Assembly: GCA_038884755.1 (NCBI GenBank)
Contig: JAWABJ010000001.1
Coordinates: forward strand, 416,001 to 480,000
From: Candidatus Norongarragalinales archaeon
GTDB taxonomy: Archaea > Micrarchaeota > Micrarchaeia > Norongarragalinales > Norongarragalinaceae
Direction: 5' to 3'
DNA length: 64,000 nt
Shown here one piece after another: positions 1 through 9,159 of this stretch. The first letter of the stretch is position 1. Each line of letters begins with the position of its first letter. The notes under the pieces were generated by a model. That model was not told the origin of the DNA. It did not search any database and saw nothing but the letters and a program-made list of their open reading frames with translations. The position numbers were made by a program, and so were the translations under genes.

Positions 1-222
1 TTAGGCGGGAAAGAAAAGGTAGACCCAGAGCGTTATTTCAAATCAAAATTCAAGCCCCAAATATTAAACAGCCTTTTCACTCAAGACCCTTTCTTCCCAT
101 ACGTGCTTTACTTCACAGACAGGCAGGGCATGCGCGGAATCGCGAACGCGCACAGGGTTCTCGCGGGCGTCGGATTCAAGGAAAAAATCGAACAACTGAA
201 AAGGGAATTCCCCGCGAGGTAG
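1..222 (+). CDS. partial CDS (3' end), hypothetical protein
   Basis: Frame 1 is open from the window edge (LGGKEKVDPERYF...EQLKREFPAR) to TAG at 220-222, just upstream of the next gene. Confidence 0.6.
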   Translation, partial: LGGKEKVDPERYFKSKFKPQILNSLFTQDPFFPYVLYFTDRQGMRGIANAHRVLAGVGFKEKIEQLKREFPAR

Positions 223-231
223 TGGAACTTG

Positions 232-828
232 GTGGAACGCGTTTTTCTCGTGCGGCACGCGGAAACCGCCGCGAACATTCTCGAGTTGGTGCAAGGCGTT
301 TTCGACTCGGAATTATCAGAAAAGGGAATCAGGCAGGCGAAAGCCCTAGGGGAAGCGCTGGGAAAAGAAAAAATCGGGTGCGTTTACGCGAGCGATTCCG
401 GAAGGGCGAGAGAAACGATGCGGGAAAGCCTGCTCGAAGGTAAATTCAAGGTTGTTTACGCGAAAGAACTGCGTGAACGCAATTACGGGGTTTTGGAAAA
501 CAAGGCATGGCATGCGCTGAGCGAAGAGGAAAGCAAGATTTACAAAAGCCACGACTTGCGCCCGGACGGCGGGGAGAGCATCGGAGACTTGAGCGCGCGC
601 GTCATTCCTTTTTTCAACAAAATGATTTTGGAAAGCCACGAGAGCATAATGGTGCTGACGCACCACAACGTCATTTCAGCGATGTCCTGTTTTTTGATGG
701 GAATGCCCCTGGAAAAATGGAGGGCGTTCCGCACCGACAACTGTTCAATAAGCGAATTCTACTATCGTGACGGTGTTTGGAGGATAAAGCGCGTCAACGA
801 CACTTGCCACTTGAACGGCGTCGACTAG
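232..828 (+). CDS. histidine phosphatase (phosphoglycerate mutase-like) family protein
   Basis: LVRHAET (RHG-like), SD..RA.ET, LRERNYG, GGES, LTH motifs. Confidence 0.9.
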   Translation: MERVFLVRHAETAANILELVQGVFDSELSEKGIRQAKALGEALGKEKIGCVYASDSGRARETMRESLLEGKFKVVYAKELRERNYGVLENKAWHALSEEESKIYKSHDLRPDGGESIGDLSARVIPFFNKMILESHESIMVLTHHNVISAMSCFLMGMPLEKWRAFRTDNCSISEFYYRDGVWRIKRVNDTCHLNGVD

Positions 829-1169
829 TCTGAATGCGTCCACGCCCAAGCCTGCAAGGCGACAACGGCTGCAAGGTTCGGAACGAGCTTGTTGTAAAGC
901 TCGGCTCTCAATTTCCAGCTTTCGGAAGTTTCAACGAAATTGTGTTCAAACAAGTCCAGTTTGCGGCGTTTTATGCTTACTTCCTTTTGCAACCTAGACA
1001 AGCTTTGTGCCACAGTTTCGTTCAAACTCTCTCGCGACGAAATCTGGTTTTTGATAATGAAGCGTTTGGCATTGGATAGTATTTCTTGCGGTCGGAATCG
1101 GGAAGCATAACCAAACCAGGATGCACCCTCAAATCGCTTAAAACCTTTCTTGCAAATTCCACATGCGGT

Positions 1170-1481
1170 TCACTTGACGACGTTTTTCAGCCACCTCCAG
1201 TAGTCTTCGCTGCACTCGGCGTTGAAAAAGATTATGCAAGGCGTTTCGTAAGAATGCATTTTCCTTATCTCGCGTTCAAGTTTCTTCCTGTTTTTCGGCA
1301 GGGTTTTTAGAAACAATACGGATTCGCTCGTGCGCTGCGGATGGCCTTTCCACGCGAAGAACGAGCGCGCATCGTGCACTGCCACCGAACATGCGGCGGT
1401 TTTCTTTTCCACTAGCGCGTGCGCCAGCTCTTCCGCCTCCTTGGCGTTCTTGCACGTCACGTAGCAAAACAAAATTTTCAT
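1170..1481 (-). CDS. cutA: divalent-cation tolerance protein CutA
   Basis: YVTC..EA..LA..LVE..AAC, S.F.WKG, HSYETPCI motifs; start taken at MKILF. Confidence 0.9.
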   Translation of the reverse strand: MKILFCYVTCKNAKEAEELAHALVEKKTAACSVAVHDARSFFAWKGHPQRTSESVLFLKTLPKNRKKLEREIRKMHSYETPCIIFFNAECSEDYWRWLKNVVK

Positions 1482-1486
1482 TCCAA

Positions 1487-2455
1487 TCAGTCTTCCCAAG
1501 CGATCAACAGCTTCTGCTGCTCTTCCAGCGCGCTCGCGTTGACTCCTTTCTTCCGCAACTCGCGCGCCAACCGCTTTGCGCTGCCGTATTCAGTAAAAAC
1601 CTTTTTCGCCCCCGTGCGTTCCACAAAATCCATCAGCTCCGGAAAGTCGGAGTGGTCGCTCAGGCAAAACGCTTTCGCGTTCGCAAAGCGTTCGGTCAAA
1701 GCCCAGCCCGTCGCAACCGCAGTCGCGACTTTCTTTCCGTACGCCCTGCTCAACTGAAAGGCGAAGTTGTTGTTGACTTTGTTCATTGGAACCACTGCAA
1801 CAAAGTTTTTTTCCAACTCCTTTAGCCCCTCGTCCGACGAAGAGCCGATGAAGTCGAGCTTGACGCCGTGCTTCACGTAAACGCCGTTCACCCTCGCAAT
1901 CGAGTCTTCCACTACGGGTGTTACGTCCGCGTAGTCGTTCAACACTCGCGTGAGCTCTTGCGCTTTCCCCAAAGAATACCCGCCCAAAACCACTATGCCC
2001 TGCTTTTGCTTTTCCAAAACCCAGTTCGCGATTTCCTTCGCGACGCTCTCTCGGTCTGGAAAAACGAATTCAGGAGACCCGAAAGTCGCCTCCATCAAAA
2101 GCGTGTCGCACTGCGGAACTTCCGCGCCTTTCACGCAATAAGAATCGGAAAGCCTGAAGTCGCCAGTATAAGCAAAAACTCCGCCGTCGCCTTCGGCAAC
2201 CAACTGCCTCGCGCCCAAAACGTGCCCCGCGCTTATCAAGCGCGTGCCGTAATGCGAGTGCATTATGCTGTGCGCCGAAGCATAACCCCTTGCCTGCAGC
2301 AAATCCACCGTCTCTTCGCTGGCAAGCATTGCCGGAACGCGAGATTTCAAGGCGTGGTCGGAGTGGGCGTGGGAAATGAACGAAAGCTCGCCCGCGTGGT
2401 CGAGCGTTATTTCCTTCAAGCCTACCTGCACTCTCGGGGGGTTGAACGAAAGCAT
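1487..2455 (-). CDS. MBL-fold beta-CASP-type nuclease (RNA-processing / ligase-associated exonuclease-like)
   Basis: ISHAHSDH, AGHVLG, YTGDF, EATFG, GYSLGKAQE, SDHSDF motifs. Confidence 0.85.
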   Translation of the reverse strand: MLSFNPPRVQVGLKEITLDHAGELSFISHAHSDHALKSRVPAMLASEETVDLLQARGYASAHSIMHSHYGTRLISAGHVLGARQLVAEGDGGVFAYTGDFRLSDSYCVKGAEVPQCDTLLMEATFGSPEFVFPDRESVAKEIANWVLEKQKQGIVVLGGYSLGKAQELTRVLNDYADVTPVVEDSIARVNGVYVKHGVKLDFIGSSSDEGLKELEKNFVAVVPMNKVNNNFAFQLSRAYGKKVATAVATGWALTERFANAKAFCLSDHSDFPELMDFVERTGAKKVFTEYGSAKRLARELRKKGVNASALEEQQKLLIAWED

Positions 2456-2506
2456 AAGCTTGCATTACGCAAGCCGAATAAAAAAAGGTTCTTTCGCTTT
2501 CCCACT

Positions 2507-3114
2507 TCAAGCGCATGCTTCAAGCAGGCCCGAAACCAGCTCGGAAGCCTTGTCCTGGAAGGGCAGCGAACCCGTGTTTTGCTCGGTCAAAACCACCGTT
2601 ATCAAGTGCCTGAAACCGTTGCACTCCATTTCAAACTCCGTCCGTATTGAAGGCTGTTGGGAGCCGGACTGCACGAAAGCCATTTTTTCCTTGCTTCCGC
2701 CAGCCCGCTCGAATTCAACCAGCGTCTTGTCTGGCGGCCATTTGGTGAAAGTGGAAGGCTTTACGTCCACGCGTATGTTGAAGTAGTCGCTCTCTCCGCC
2801 CGTGAAGTACGAAATCCTGCCGCTGGCGGGGTCCTTGTCTTCAGTGAAAGCAAACGGCTTGCCGAAAACGCTTTCCAAAACTCCGCCCACGCCATCCCTC
2901 AATTCGGAAAGCTCTTGCACCGGCTCTTCGGTCGCCGAAGGCAATGGGGTGGGCGTGGCAGTCGCAGTGGCAGTCGCCGTTGCGGTTGGCACGGCTGTTG
3001 CAACCACAGTGGGGCTTGGCGAAGGCGATGAGGACTGCACGCAGCCGGAAAGCAAGACGGAAAAAACTATTAAAACCGTGTGAAAACTTTCGCAAACGAA
3101 TTCAACCAGCTCAT
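2507..3114 (-). pseudogene. putative lipoprotein with Pro/Thr-rich linker; frameshift in the signal peptide (or sequencing error)
   Basis: ATG at 3114 reads MSWLNSFAKVFT, and the adjacent frame continues VLIVFSVLLSGC (lipobox-like) + SPSPSPT/TATATA linker; the called ORF 2507..3055 lacks a signal N-region. Confidence 0.55.
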
Positions 3115-3136
3115 TTCACACACCCCGTTGTTTCAT

Positions 3137-3610
3137 TTAAAACAAGGGCTTTCCGCCCGTCTCCCCGCTCCCGCCTTGGCTGAACATGTCCATGGAAGAA
3201 GACTGGGAAGGGAAAAAGTCCAGTTGGGAGTCTTGCGCCGGCTTTTCGGGCCTCACGCCCAAAAGCAAGTGCAAAGCTTCCTTGAGCCGCTCTTCCGCCA
3301 ACTCGCCTATACTCCCCTCTTCGTCCATCACCGTGCAAACCAGGCAGTATTTGCCCGAATCCTTTTCCACGTCGACAATCTTCTCTTGGGCAAGCGCGAG
3401 CGAAACCCGCTCTTCCTCGCTCGACTGCACGAAAACGATGCAAGCGTCCACGCCCGCGTAAAAAAGTTTTTTCACCGCGGCAGGCGTGTTCAAGAGCGTA
3501 GGCGCCTGTTCGAACTCCAAATCCACTCCAATTTCCTGGCTCGCGATTTTCTGTATCAATTCCTTGGCATCAAAATCGTTGGTCAACGCCGTAACAAATC
3601 CTATTCTCAT
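3137..3610 (-). CDS. divergent archaeal riboflavin synthase (RibC)/lumazine-synthase-fold protein
   Basis: Same layout as archaeal RibC: MRIGFV..., P....P.AVKKL...G.D, ...K..L...V.DEE...LA..R; many conserved residues changed. Confidence 0.5.
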   Translation of the reverse strand: MRIGFVTALTNDFDAKELIQKIASQEIGVDLEFEQAPTLLNTPAAVKKLFYAGVDACIVFVQSSEEERVSLALAQEKIVDVEKDSGKYCLVCTVMDEEGSIGELAEERLKEALHLLLGVRPEKPAQDSQLDFFPSQSSSMDMFSQGGSGETGGKPLF

Positions 3611-3685
3611 GGTTTAAACAACGCACGGGGCATTATTAAAAACTACAGTGGAAAGCCAATCCGGCCGAAAGCGCTTGGCGGGGAT

Positions 3686-4645
3686 TCAAGACTGGTTTAT
3701 AGCCTGCTCTGCAATGCCCTCGCTCGCGTCGAGAATGCTATTGGAATGCTCTACCAGAGGGCTGTAGCCCATTCCCTTCTGCCACAAGCGCTTGTTCAAA
3801 TCGCCCATTTCCGAATGCAGGGAAGGCTTGCTTTTGATTGCCTTCATTGACAGTGAAAAGTCTTTTTCGATAAACGCTTTGACCGCGTCCTTGTACAAGG
3901 AGTAAACTTTTTCGAACGAAGGGCGGAAGGGCTTGAAAACGTCGCTCTTCTCGCGCGACAGGATTTTAGCCATGGCAGTGACATGGTCGGCAATGCGTTC
4001 CACGTAAAGCGTAGCCGTCGCATAGTCTATACAGCGGTTTGCCGTCAAACTCAAGCCCCGCAAGACTTGCGGGTTTTTCAAAGCCAGGTTCAACTGTCGC
4101 AGGAGGAGGAACCTAAGCCGGTCCACCTCGTCATCCCTCTCAACGACAGCTTCAAGCTCTTTCCCTTCAATCAAGTCTTCGAACAAACTGCAGGTAATCA
4201 AGTGCATGCGCTTCATGGTCTTCTCGATGCTCAGCCCCTCGCGCGAGAAAAAGTCTTTCACTACGATCACGCTGGGCGTCTCGTCTACGATTTCAAGACC
4301 GATGAGCCTCTTCGTTTCATGCAAAATCGTTTTCCGCAGTTCGGGAGTAATGCGAGAAGAAGAATGCACGCGGATGGAATCGAAACCGGCAAGATACGCT
4401 GAATAAAACTTTCGGGTCAACTCTTCCTTTGAAGACACGTCGCTCACACTCAAGTCGAAAGACTCGCGCTTTTCCTCCGCAACGCGCGTGGAAAGCATCA
4501 TGCTCCCGTCCGGCTGTTCCAGCGCGAACAATTCCGAACCCTTCTTCACACCCGTCCGTTCTGTCCAGCTGCGCGGCAGCGAGACGATTAGAGTAGACGT
4601 GCCGGTCTTCTGCACTATCCTCTTCTGCCCCACAATATCACTCAT
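3686..4645 (-). CDS. phoU: phosphate uptake regulator, AbrB + PhoU domains
   Basis: RIVQKTG.ST..VSLPRSW (AbrB), AYLAGFD, ERDDEVDRL, ERIADH. Confidence 0.9.
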   Translation of the reverse strand: MSDIVGQKRIVQKTGTSTLIVSLPRSWTERTGVKKGSELFALEQPDGSMMLSTRVAEEKRESFDLSVSDVSSKEELTRKFYSAYLAGFDSIRVHSSSRITPELRKTILHETKRLIGLEIVDETPSVIVVKDFFSREGLSIEKTMKRMHLITCSLFEDLIEGKELEAVVERDDEVDRLRFLLLRQLNLALKNPQVLRGLSLTANRCIDYATATLYVERIADHVTAMAKILSREKSDVFKPFRPSFEKVYSLYKDAVKAFIEKDFSLSMKAIKSKPSLHSEMGDLNKRLWQKGMGYSPLVEHSNSILDASEGIAEQAINQS

Positions 4646-4788
4646 TATCCGATTTTATCCGAATAACTATTTCTTGCTTGAGTATATACGATACTAATCG
4701 GAATATATACTTTTTTCCGTATTTGTTTAAATATATTGGTATTTTTCATAGTTGCAGAACCCATAACACTATTCCCCAGCGTAATCGG

Positions 4789-4986
4789 ATGATGTTCATT
4801 CCGGTTCTCTTTCCGCAATTCGCTTCGGCGTTGGCAATGAGCGTGCTGCTTTTCGCCATGGTTTTCGAAGCAAACCCTAACACGCGGTTTTTGGAGGCGC
4901 TTGCGGTTTTCGCCCTGTTCTGGATTTCGATTGCGTTCTACGCGCTCGCGCAAAAGCGCGTTTCCCAGACTAAAAGCCTTTTCTGA
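4789..4986 (+). CDS. small membrane protein
   Basis: Two hydrophobic segments; divergent from phoU behind an AT-rich promoter. Confidence 0.5.
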   Translation: MMFIPVLFPQFASALAMSVLLFAMVFEANPNTRFLEALAVFALFWISIAFYALAQKRVSQTKSLF

Positions 4987-5488
4987 ACAAAAGCGAGGCG
5001 TCTTGTTTCAGGGCGGCGAGCAAATGCCCGTCTGCAGCCAGGTGGGAAGCGAAAGCAACTGCCGAAGCAAGAGCGACCGTTTTCGAGCCTGTGAGCATGA
5101 ACGCGGCGGCGCACGCCAACGCGCCAAAAGCGAAAGTGTGCGGAAACTGCCTATGCATGCGCCCGCTTTTCGCGTAAAGGAAATGCCCAACCAGGAGGAG
5201 CAAGGCGAAAACGGCTTTTGCAAGGGGAACAACGCTTTTGACTGAAGAGAATTCAATCACGGACGCCGCTGCGAAGGCCAGCAACGCAAGCTGGAAGAGC
5301 TTGCTCGCGAAGGAATTCAACGAATCCACGTCGGGAAGGAGTGAAAACAAGGCTATTGCGAGCAAAAAAGTTAGCGCAAGCGGCGTGTTCTGGAAAAACT
5401 GGAGGGAAAAAAAGCCCGTTTTCGAGAGAATCCAGAATAACGCGGCGTTCGCGGCAAAGCCGACGGCTATGTGCTCGTAAAATCTCAT
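4970..5488 (-). CDS. membrane metal-dependent hydrolase (YdjM-like)
   Basis: N-terminal H, LPDVD, HRQFPH, SHLAAD motifs with TM helices. Confidence 0.8.
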   Translation of the reverse strand: MRFYEHIAVGFAANAALFWILSKTGFFSLQFFQNTPLALTFLLAIALFSLLPDVDSLNSFASKLFQLALLAFAAASVIEFSSVKSVVPLAKAVFALLLLVGHFLYAKSGRMHRQFPHTFAFGALACAAAFMLTGSKTVALASAVAFASHLAADGHLLAALKQDASLLFRKGF

Positions 5489-5541
5489 TGGCGGGTCTGA
5501 AACAACTTAATGCGCGCGGGAATTAAACGCTTGCGCTGCGG

Positions 5542-6840
5542 TCAGCGCCACGAGCTTCGCGTAAAGCGCGTTGGAGCCGAAGGCCCTCTTCGAACCGGCT
5601 CGCGGCCTCCGCGGTCGCGGGAAAAACCGCCTCTTCCGCGCGAAAAGCCGCCCCTGCCTTGAGGCCGCCCTCCAAAGCGCGAGGGGCGCCTCGAATCGCC
5701 TTCTGAAAACGAAGGCATTTTAGAGGCTGGAAGGTTCGCAGGCAAAGTTTTTTCTTCAAGGGTTTTTCCCATGAGGCGTTCGATCTGTCCAAGGGTTCCC
5801 AACTCGTCTGAATAGCATAAGGAAACAGCTTCTCCCACGGCGTGCATCCTGCCAGTACGCCCTATCCTGTGGATGTAGTTGTTGATGTCATAAGGAAGCT
5901 CGAAATTGAAAATGTGGGATATCGCTTCAACGTGGATTCCTCGCGCGGCGACGTCTGTCGCCACAAGAATATTCACTTGCCCTTCCTTGAACGCCTGCAT
6001 GGTGCGCGTGCGTTGCGCTTGAGTGAGGTTTCCTTGTATCCCTTGGGCGTTTATGCCGTTGGCGTTCAGCTGGCGCGTGAGCTCGCTCACCCTTCTTTTA
6101 GTCCTGCAGAAGATTATTGCCCTTTGCGGCTGCAGCTCGTGAAGCAGGTAAATCAAAGCGCTGAGCTTGCGCCCGGCGGGCACGGTGTAAAAACATTGTT
6201 TTACTCCCTGCGCGCTCTTGTCCGAAGAAACGAGCTTGACGTGCTGGGGATACCGCATGTGCCTGCGCGCCAGGCCCATTATTTCTTCCGGCAAATCGAC
6301 GCAAAACAGCAAAACCTGCTTTTTCGCGGGGGTGAACGAAAGTATTTTCTCCACGTCGCGGACGAAGCCCATGGCGAGCATGACGTCGGCTTCGTCCAAC
6401 ACGAAGGTATGCACGCGCGACAGGTCCAAAGCACGGTGTTCTATCAAATCAATGATTCTTCCCGGCGTGCCCACGACTATTTGCACTCCGCTTCGCAAAA
6501 GCTCTATCTGCCTGCCTATGTCCGTTCCGCCGTAGGCCACGAGATAGCGGAGTTGCGTGTGCTTTCCTATCCTCCGGAAGTCGTTGCCCACTTGTATTGC
6601 TAACTCGCGCGTAGGCACGAGGACTATTGCTTGGACGTGCTGCGAGTGGGGCTTGGCAATCAGACTTTCGAGAATCGGGATTGCGAAAGCGGCCGTTTTT
6701 CCGGTTCCCGTCCTGCTTTGCGCTATCAAATCTTCGCCTTGAAGGATTACTGGAATCGCCTGCTTCTGCACTTCCGTCAGTTCCTTGAAGCCTAATTCGG
6801 AAAGCGCTTTGGAAACAGGTTGGCTGAAACTTGACGACAT
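5542..6840 (-). CDS. DEAD-box RNA helicase with RGG-rich tail
   Basis: Q motif, TGTGKT, PTRELA, TPGR, DEAD, TDVAARGI, HRIGRTGR. Confidence 0.95.
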   Translation of the reverse strand: MSSSFSQPVSKALSELGFKELTEVQKQAIPVILQGEDLIAQSRTGTGKTAAFAIPILESLIAKPHSQHVQAIVLVPTRELAIQVGNDFRRIGKHTQLRYLVAYGGTDIGRQIELLRSGVQIVVGTPGRIIDLIEHRALDLSRVHTFVLDEADVMLAMGFVRDVEKILSFTPAKKQVLLFCVDLPEEIMGLARRHMRYPQHVKLVSSDKSAQGVKQCFYTVPAGRKLSALIYLLHELQPQRAIIFCRTKRRVSELTRQLNANGINAQGIQGNLTQAQRTRTMQAFKEGQVNILVATDVAARGIHVEAISHIFNFELPYDINNYIHRIGRTGRMHAVGEAVSLCYSDELGTLGQIERLMGKTLEEKTLPANLPASKMPSFSEGDSRRPSRFGGRPQGRGGFSRGRGGFSRDRGGREPVRRGPSAPTRFTRSSWR

Positions 6841-6936
6841 TAAAAATCACTCCAGAAAAAGCCGGTTAATATGACTTGGGCGGTGGTATAAAAAAGGCTA
6901 TTGGATTTCAGCCAAAGCGCGGGAGAAAATGCAAAG

Positions 6937-7011
6937 TGCTCCAAACGGGATTCGAACCCGTGTTGCCGGCTTGAGAAGCCGGCGTCCTGGACCGGGCTAG
7001 ACGATTGGAGC
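6937..7011 (-). tRNA. tRNA-Glu (CTC)
   Basis: GCTCCAA..TTGGAGC acceptor, CCGGC-TTCTCAA-GCCGG anticodon arm, GTTCGAATC T loop; no encoded CCA. Confidence 0.95.
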
Positions 7012-7065
7012 AAGCAAGAAAAATTTGCGCGAACGAATTAAAAAACCGAACGCCGTAAGCAATCA

Positions 7066-7719
7066 ATGGCGTCGGGGGAAAAGAAAAAGCTCGTTGTCTT
7101 CGATTTCGACGGCGTGATTCTCGATTCGCTCGCCGAGCACAAGAGACGCTACGACCACGTTTATTCCCTCTTCGGAAAGAGAAACCCGGCGAAAACGCTT
7201 TCGGAATGGAAGAAATGGCACGATTCCAAGTGGGAGAGGAACTTCACCCGCTTGGGCATTAAAGAAAGCCAGCTGGACTTGGCCATAGCAAGATACTGGC
7301 GGGGGTTCGAGTACAAAACGTCCAAACCCTTCAGCGGCGTGAAACGAGTTTTGCAAACCCTTTCGGAAAAATACGGGCTCGCAATAGTTTCCAACACTAG
7401 GGCAAGCATAGTCGCCAAGGCGCTTTCGAAATTCGGGTTGCGGAAGTTTTTCGCGGTAATCGAAGGCGGAAACCACAAGAGCGGGAAGGCCAAGCGCTTG
7501 AGGGAAGCGTTGCGCAAGAGCAAAACTGCGAAGGAAAACGCGGTCATAATCGGCGACACGCCCGCCGACGTGCGCGCGGGAAAAGAGTTGGGAGTGAAGA
7601 CAATCGGAGTGCTTTACGGGTGGAGCGAGAGGAAAAGGATTTCAGGGGAAAAGCCCGACGGGCTCGTGCGAAAAAGTAGGGAAATCCCCCTGCTTGTGAA
7701 AAGAATTTTTGGGGATTGA
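7066..7719 (+). CDS. HAD-family phosphatase
   Basis: FDFDGVILDS, VSN, K, IGDTPAD motifs. Confidence 0.9.
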   Translation: MASGEKKKLVVFDFDGVILDSLAEHKRRYDHVYSLFGKRNPAKTLSEWKKWHDSKWERNFTRLGIKESQLDLAIARYWRGFEYKTSKPFSGVKRVLQTLSEKYGLAIVSNTRASIVAKALSKFGLRKFFAVIEGGNHKSGKAKRLREALRKSKTAKENAVIIGDTPADVRAGKELGVKTIGVLYGWSERKRISGEKPDGLVRKSREIPLLVKRIFGD

Positions 7720-7732
7720 ATTCCCTTGCCGC

Positions 7733-8383
7733 CTAGAATGCCGTTGCCCCCCAAATTCCGAGGAACGCCAGCAAAAAGCCAACTATAAAGTAAATGATAA
7801 CGAGCACGACGTTGTAGAGGATGAATTTTCCTACTCCGAAGCCGTGGACGCTTTTCATCATGTAGTAGTAAGTCCTAAGGGCGAGAATCAAAAGCAGGAG
7901 GAACAAAAGGCCGCCTATTATCAAAAGCACCATGCCGCCGCCAAAAACCAGCGCGAGTATCTTCGCGGGGTCCAAAGCCTGTAGCCCGCCACTCAACAGC
8001 GTCGAGCCTACCATCAACGCGCCCAGGATTAGTATCACGAGGAGCAAGACTACGGCCAGCACGAAGTACGCGGCCCAGTCTACTGCAAACGCGAACACGT
8101 GCTGGACGGTGGTTCCCTTTCCGCCGAGAAAACGCGCTATGGCGAGAGTCAAGAACAGTCCTACCGCCAGGCTTATTGCAAGCACGGCCAAACCGATTAC
8201 GAACGAAACGAGGGTTGCTACGCTGAAAGAAAGTATCAAGGAAAGGAACAGGCCCAAAAGCTGCGGCAACAGCCCCACTACAAAGTGGGGGATGGATTCT
8301 TCGTAAGAAGCTCGGTTTTTGAGGTCTTCAAAAGTTTCGAAGGGTTTTAGAACGACTCCCTTCCAGTCTGAAAAAATTCCCAT
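7733..8383 (-). CDS. Yip1-like membrane protein
   Basis: V.KP.ETF start, ARFLGGKG, multiple TM helices. Confidence 0.7.
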   Translation of the reverse strand: MGIFSDWKGVVLKPFETFEDLKNRASYEESIPHFVVGLLPQLLGLFLSLILSFSVATLVSFVIGLAVLAISLAVGLFLTLAIARFLGGKGTTVQHVFAFAVDWAAYFVLAVVLLLVILILGALMVGSTLLSGGLQALDPAKILALVFGGGMVLLIIGGLLFLLLLILALRTYYYMMKSVHGFGVGKFILYNVVLVIIYFIVGFLLAFLGIWGATAF

Positions 8384-8417
8384 TCGGTTATTACAAAAAA
8401 CGCCTTTTTAAGCGTTT

Positions 8418-8975
8418 TCAGCTTACGCTCTTGACGTCGTCCAAAAGCAGGGGGAATTCGGTAAAGCCTGCGGTCAAGCCGAAGTGCCCGGCGCCGGGCA
8501 CCAGGGTCAACTCAATGCCCAAGTTTTTTGCAACCTTTTCGCCCATTTCCAAAGGCAGGTACGGGTCGTTGTCAGAGTGGTAGACGAAAAAACTCTTTGC
8601 GTTCGCCCGGATTTTCTTCCAGTCGAACGGCTTGTCGATGAAACTCTGCACGACAGGCTGGAATTGCGGGAGGATGGGGCCCGAGCAAAAGCCTGCGACG
8701 ATGAAAGCGGCGTTGATTTTCACGGGCGAGGCTTCCAGCAAGCGCAGCACGAAAGGCCCGCCAATGCTTCGCCCCACCAAAATCGTTTCTTCGTTAAAGC
8801 CTTTCAAATAAGGCTTTGCCACGCGCATCCAATTTCCCAGCGTCTGCCCTTCGGGAGTGGGGAATTGCGGGCATTGCACTGCGTAGCCGAGTTTTTTCAG
8901 CTCGCGCGAAAGCCACGGGTAGAACGTCTCGAAAGGCGAGCCGCCCGTGCTGTGCACGAGAAAAGCGTTTTTCAT
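8418..8975 (-). CDS. alpha/beta hydrolase, RBBP9/YdeN family
   Basis: GRSIG nucleophile, SDNDPY, GAGHF; start moved to MKNAF because the upstream sequence is tRNA. Confidence 0.88.
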   Translation of the reverse strand: MKNAFLVHSTGGSPFETFYPWLSRELKKLGYAVQCPQFPTPEGQTLGNWMRVAKPYLKGFNEETILVGRSIGGPFVLRLLEASPVKINAAFIVAGFCSGPILPQFQPVVQSFIDKPFDWKKIRANAKSFFVYHSDNDPYLPLEMGEKVAKNLGIELTLVPGAGHFGLTAGFTEFPLLLDDVKSVS

Positions 8976-8988
8976 TGCAATCACGAAG

Positions 8989-9116
8989 TGGGCCCGCGGC
9001 GACCTTCGCGAGCTCTTCAACGAGCGAAGAGTTGCAGAACCGAAAGGTCCTGCCTCGAATCGAACGCCGGATTTTCACCGTGTGAAGGTGACGTCTTACC
9101 ACTCGACTACGGGCCC
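8989..9116 (-). tRNA. tRNA-Val (CAC) with 56-nt intron (9003-9058) at position 59/60 in the T loop
   Basis: GGGCCCG..CGGGCCC acceptor, TCACC-TTCACAC-GGTGA anticodon arm; perfect bulge-helix-bulge at the intron ends restores T loop TTCGATT. Confidence 0.92.
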
Positions 9117-9159
9117 AATGCACTAAAAACAGGAAAAAGAAAAATAAAAATAGACCTTT

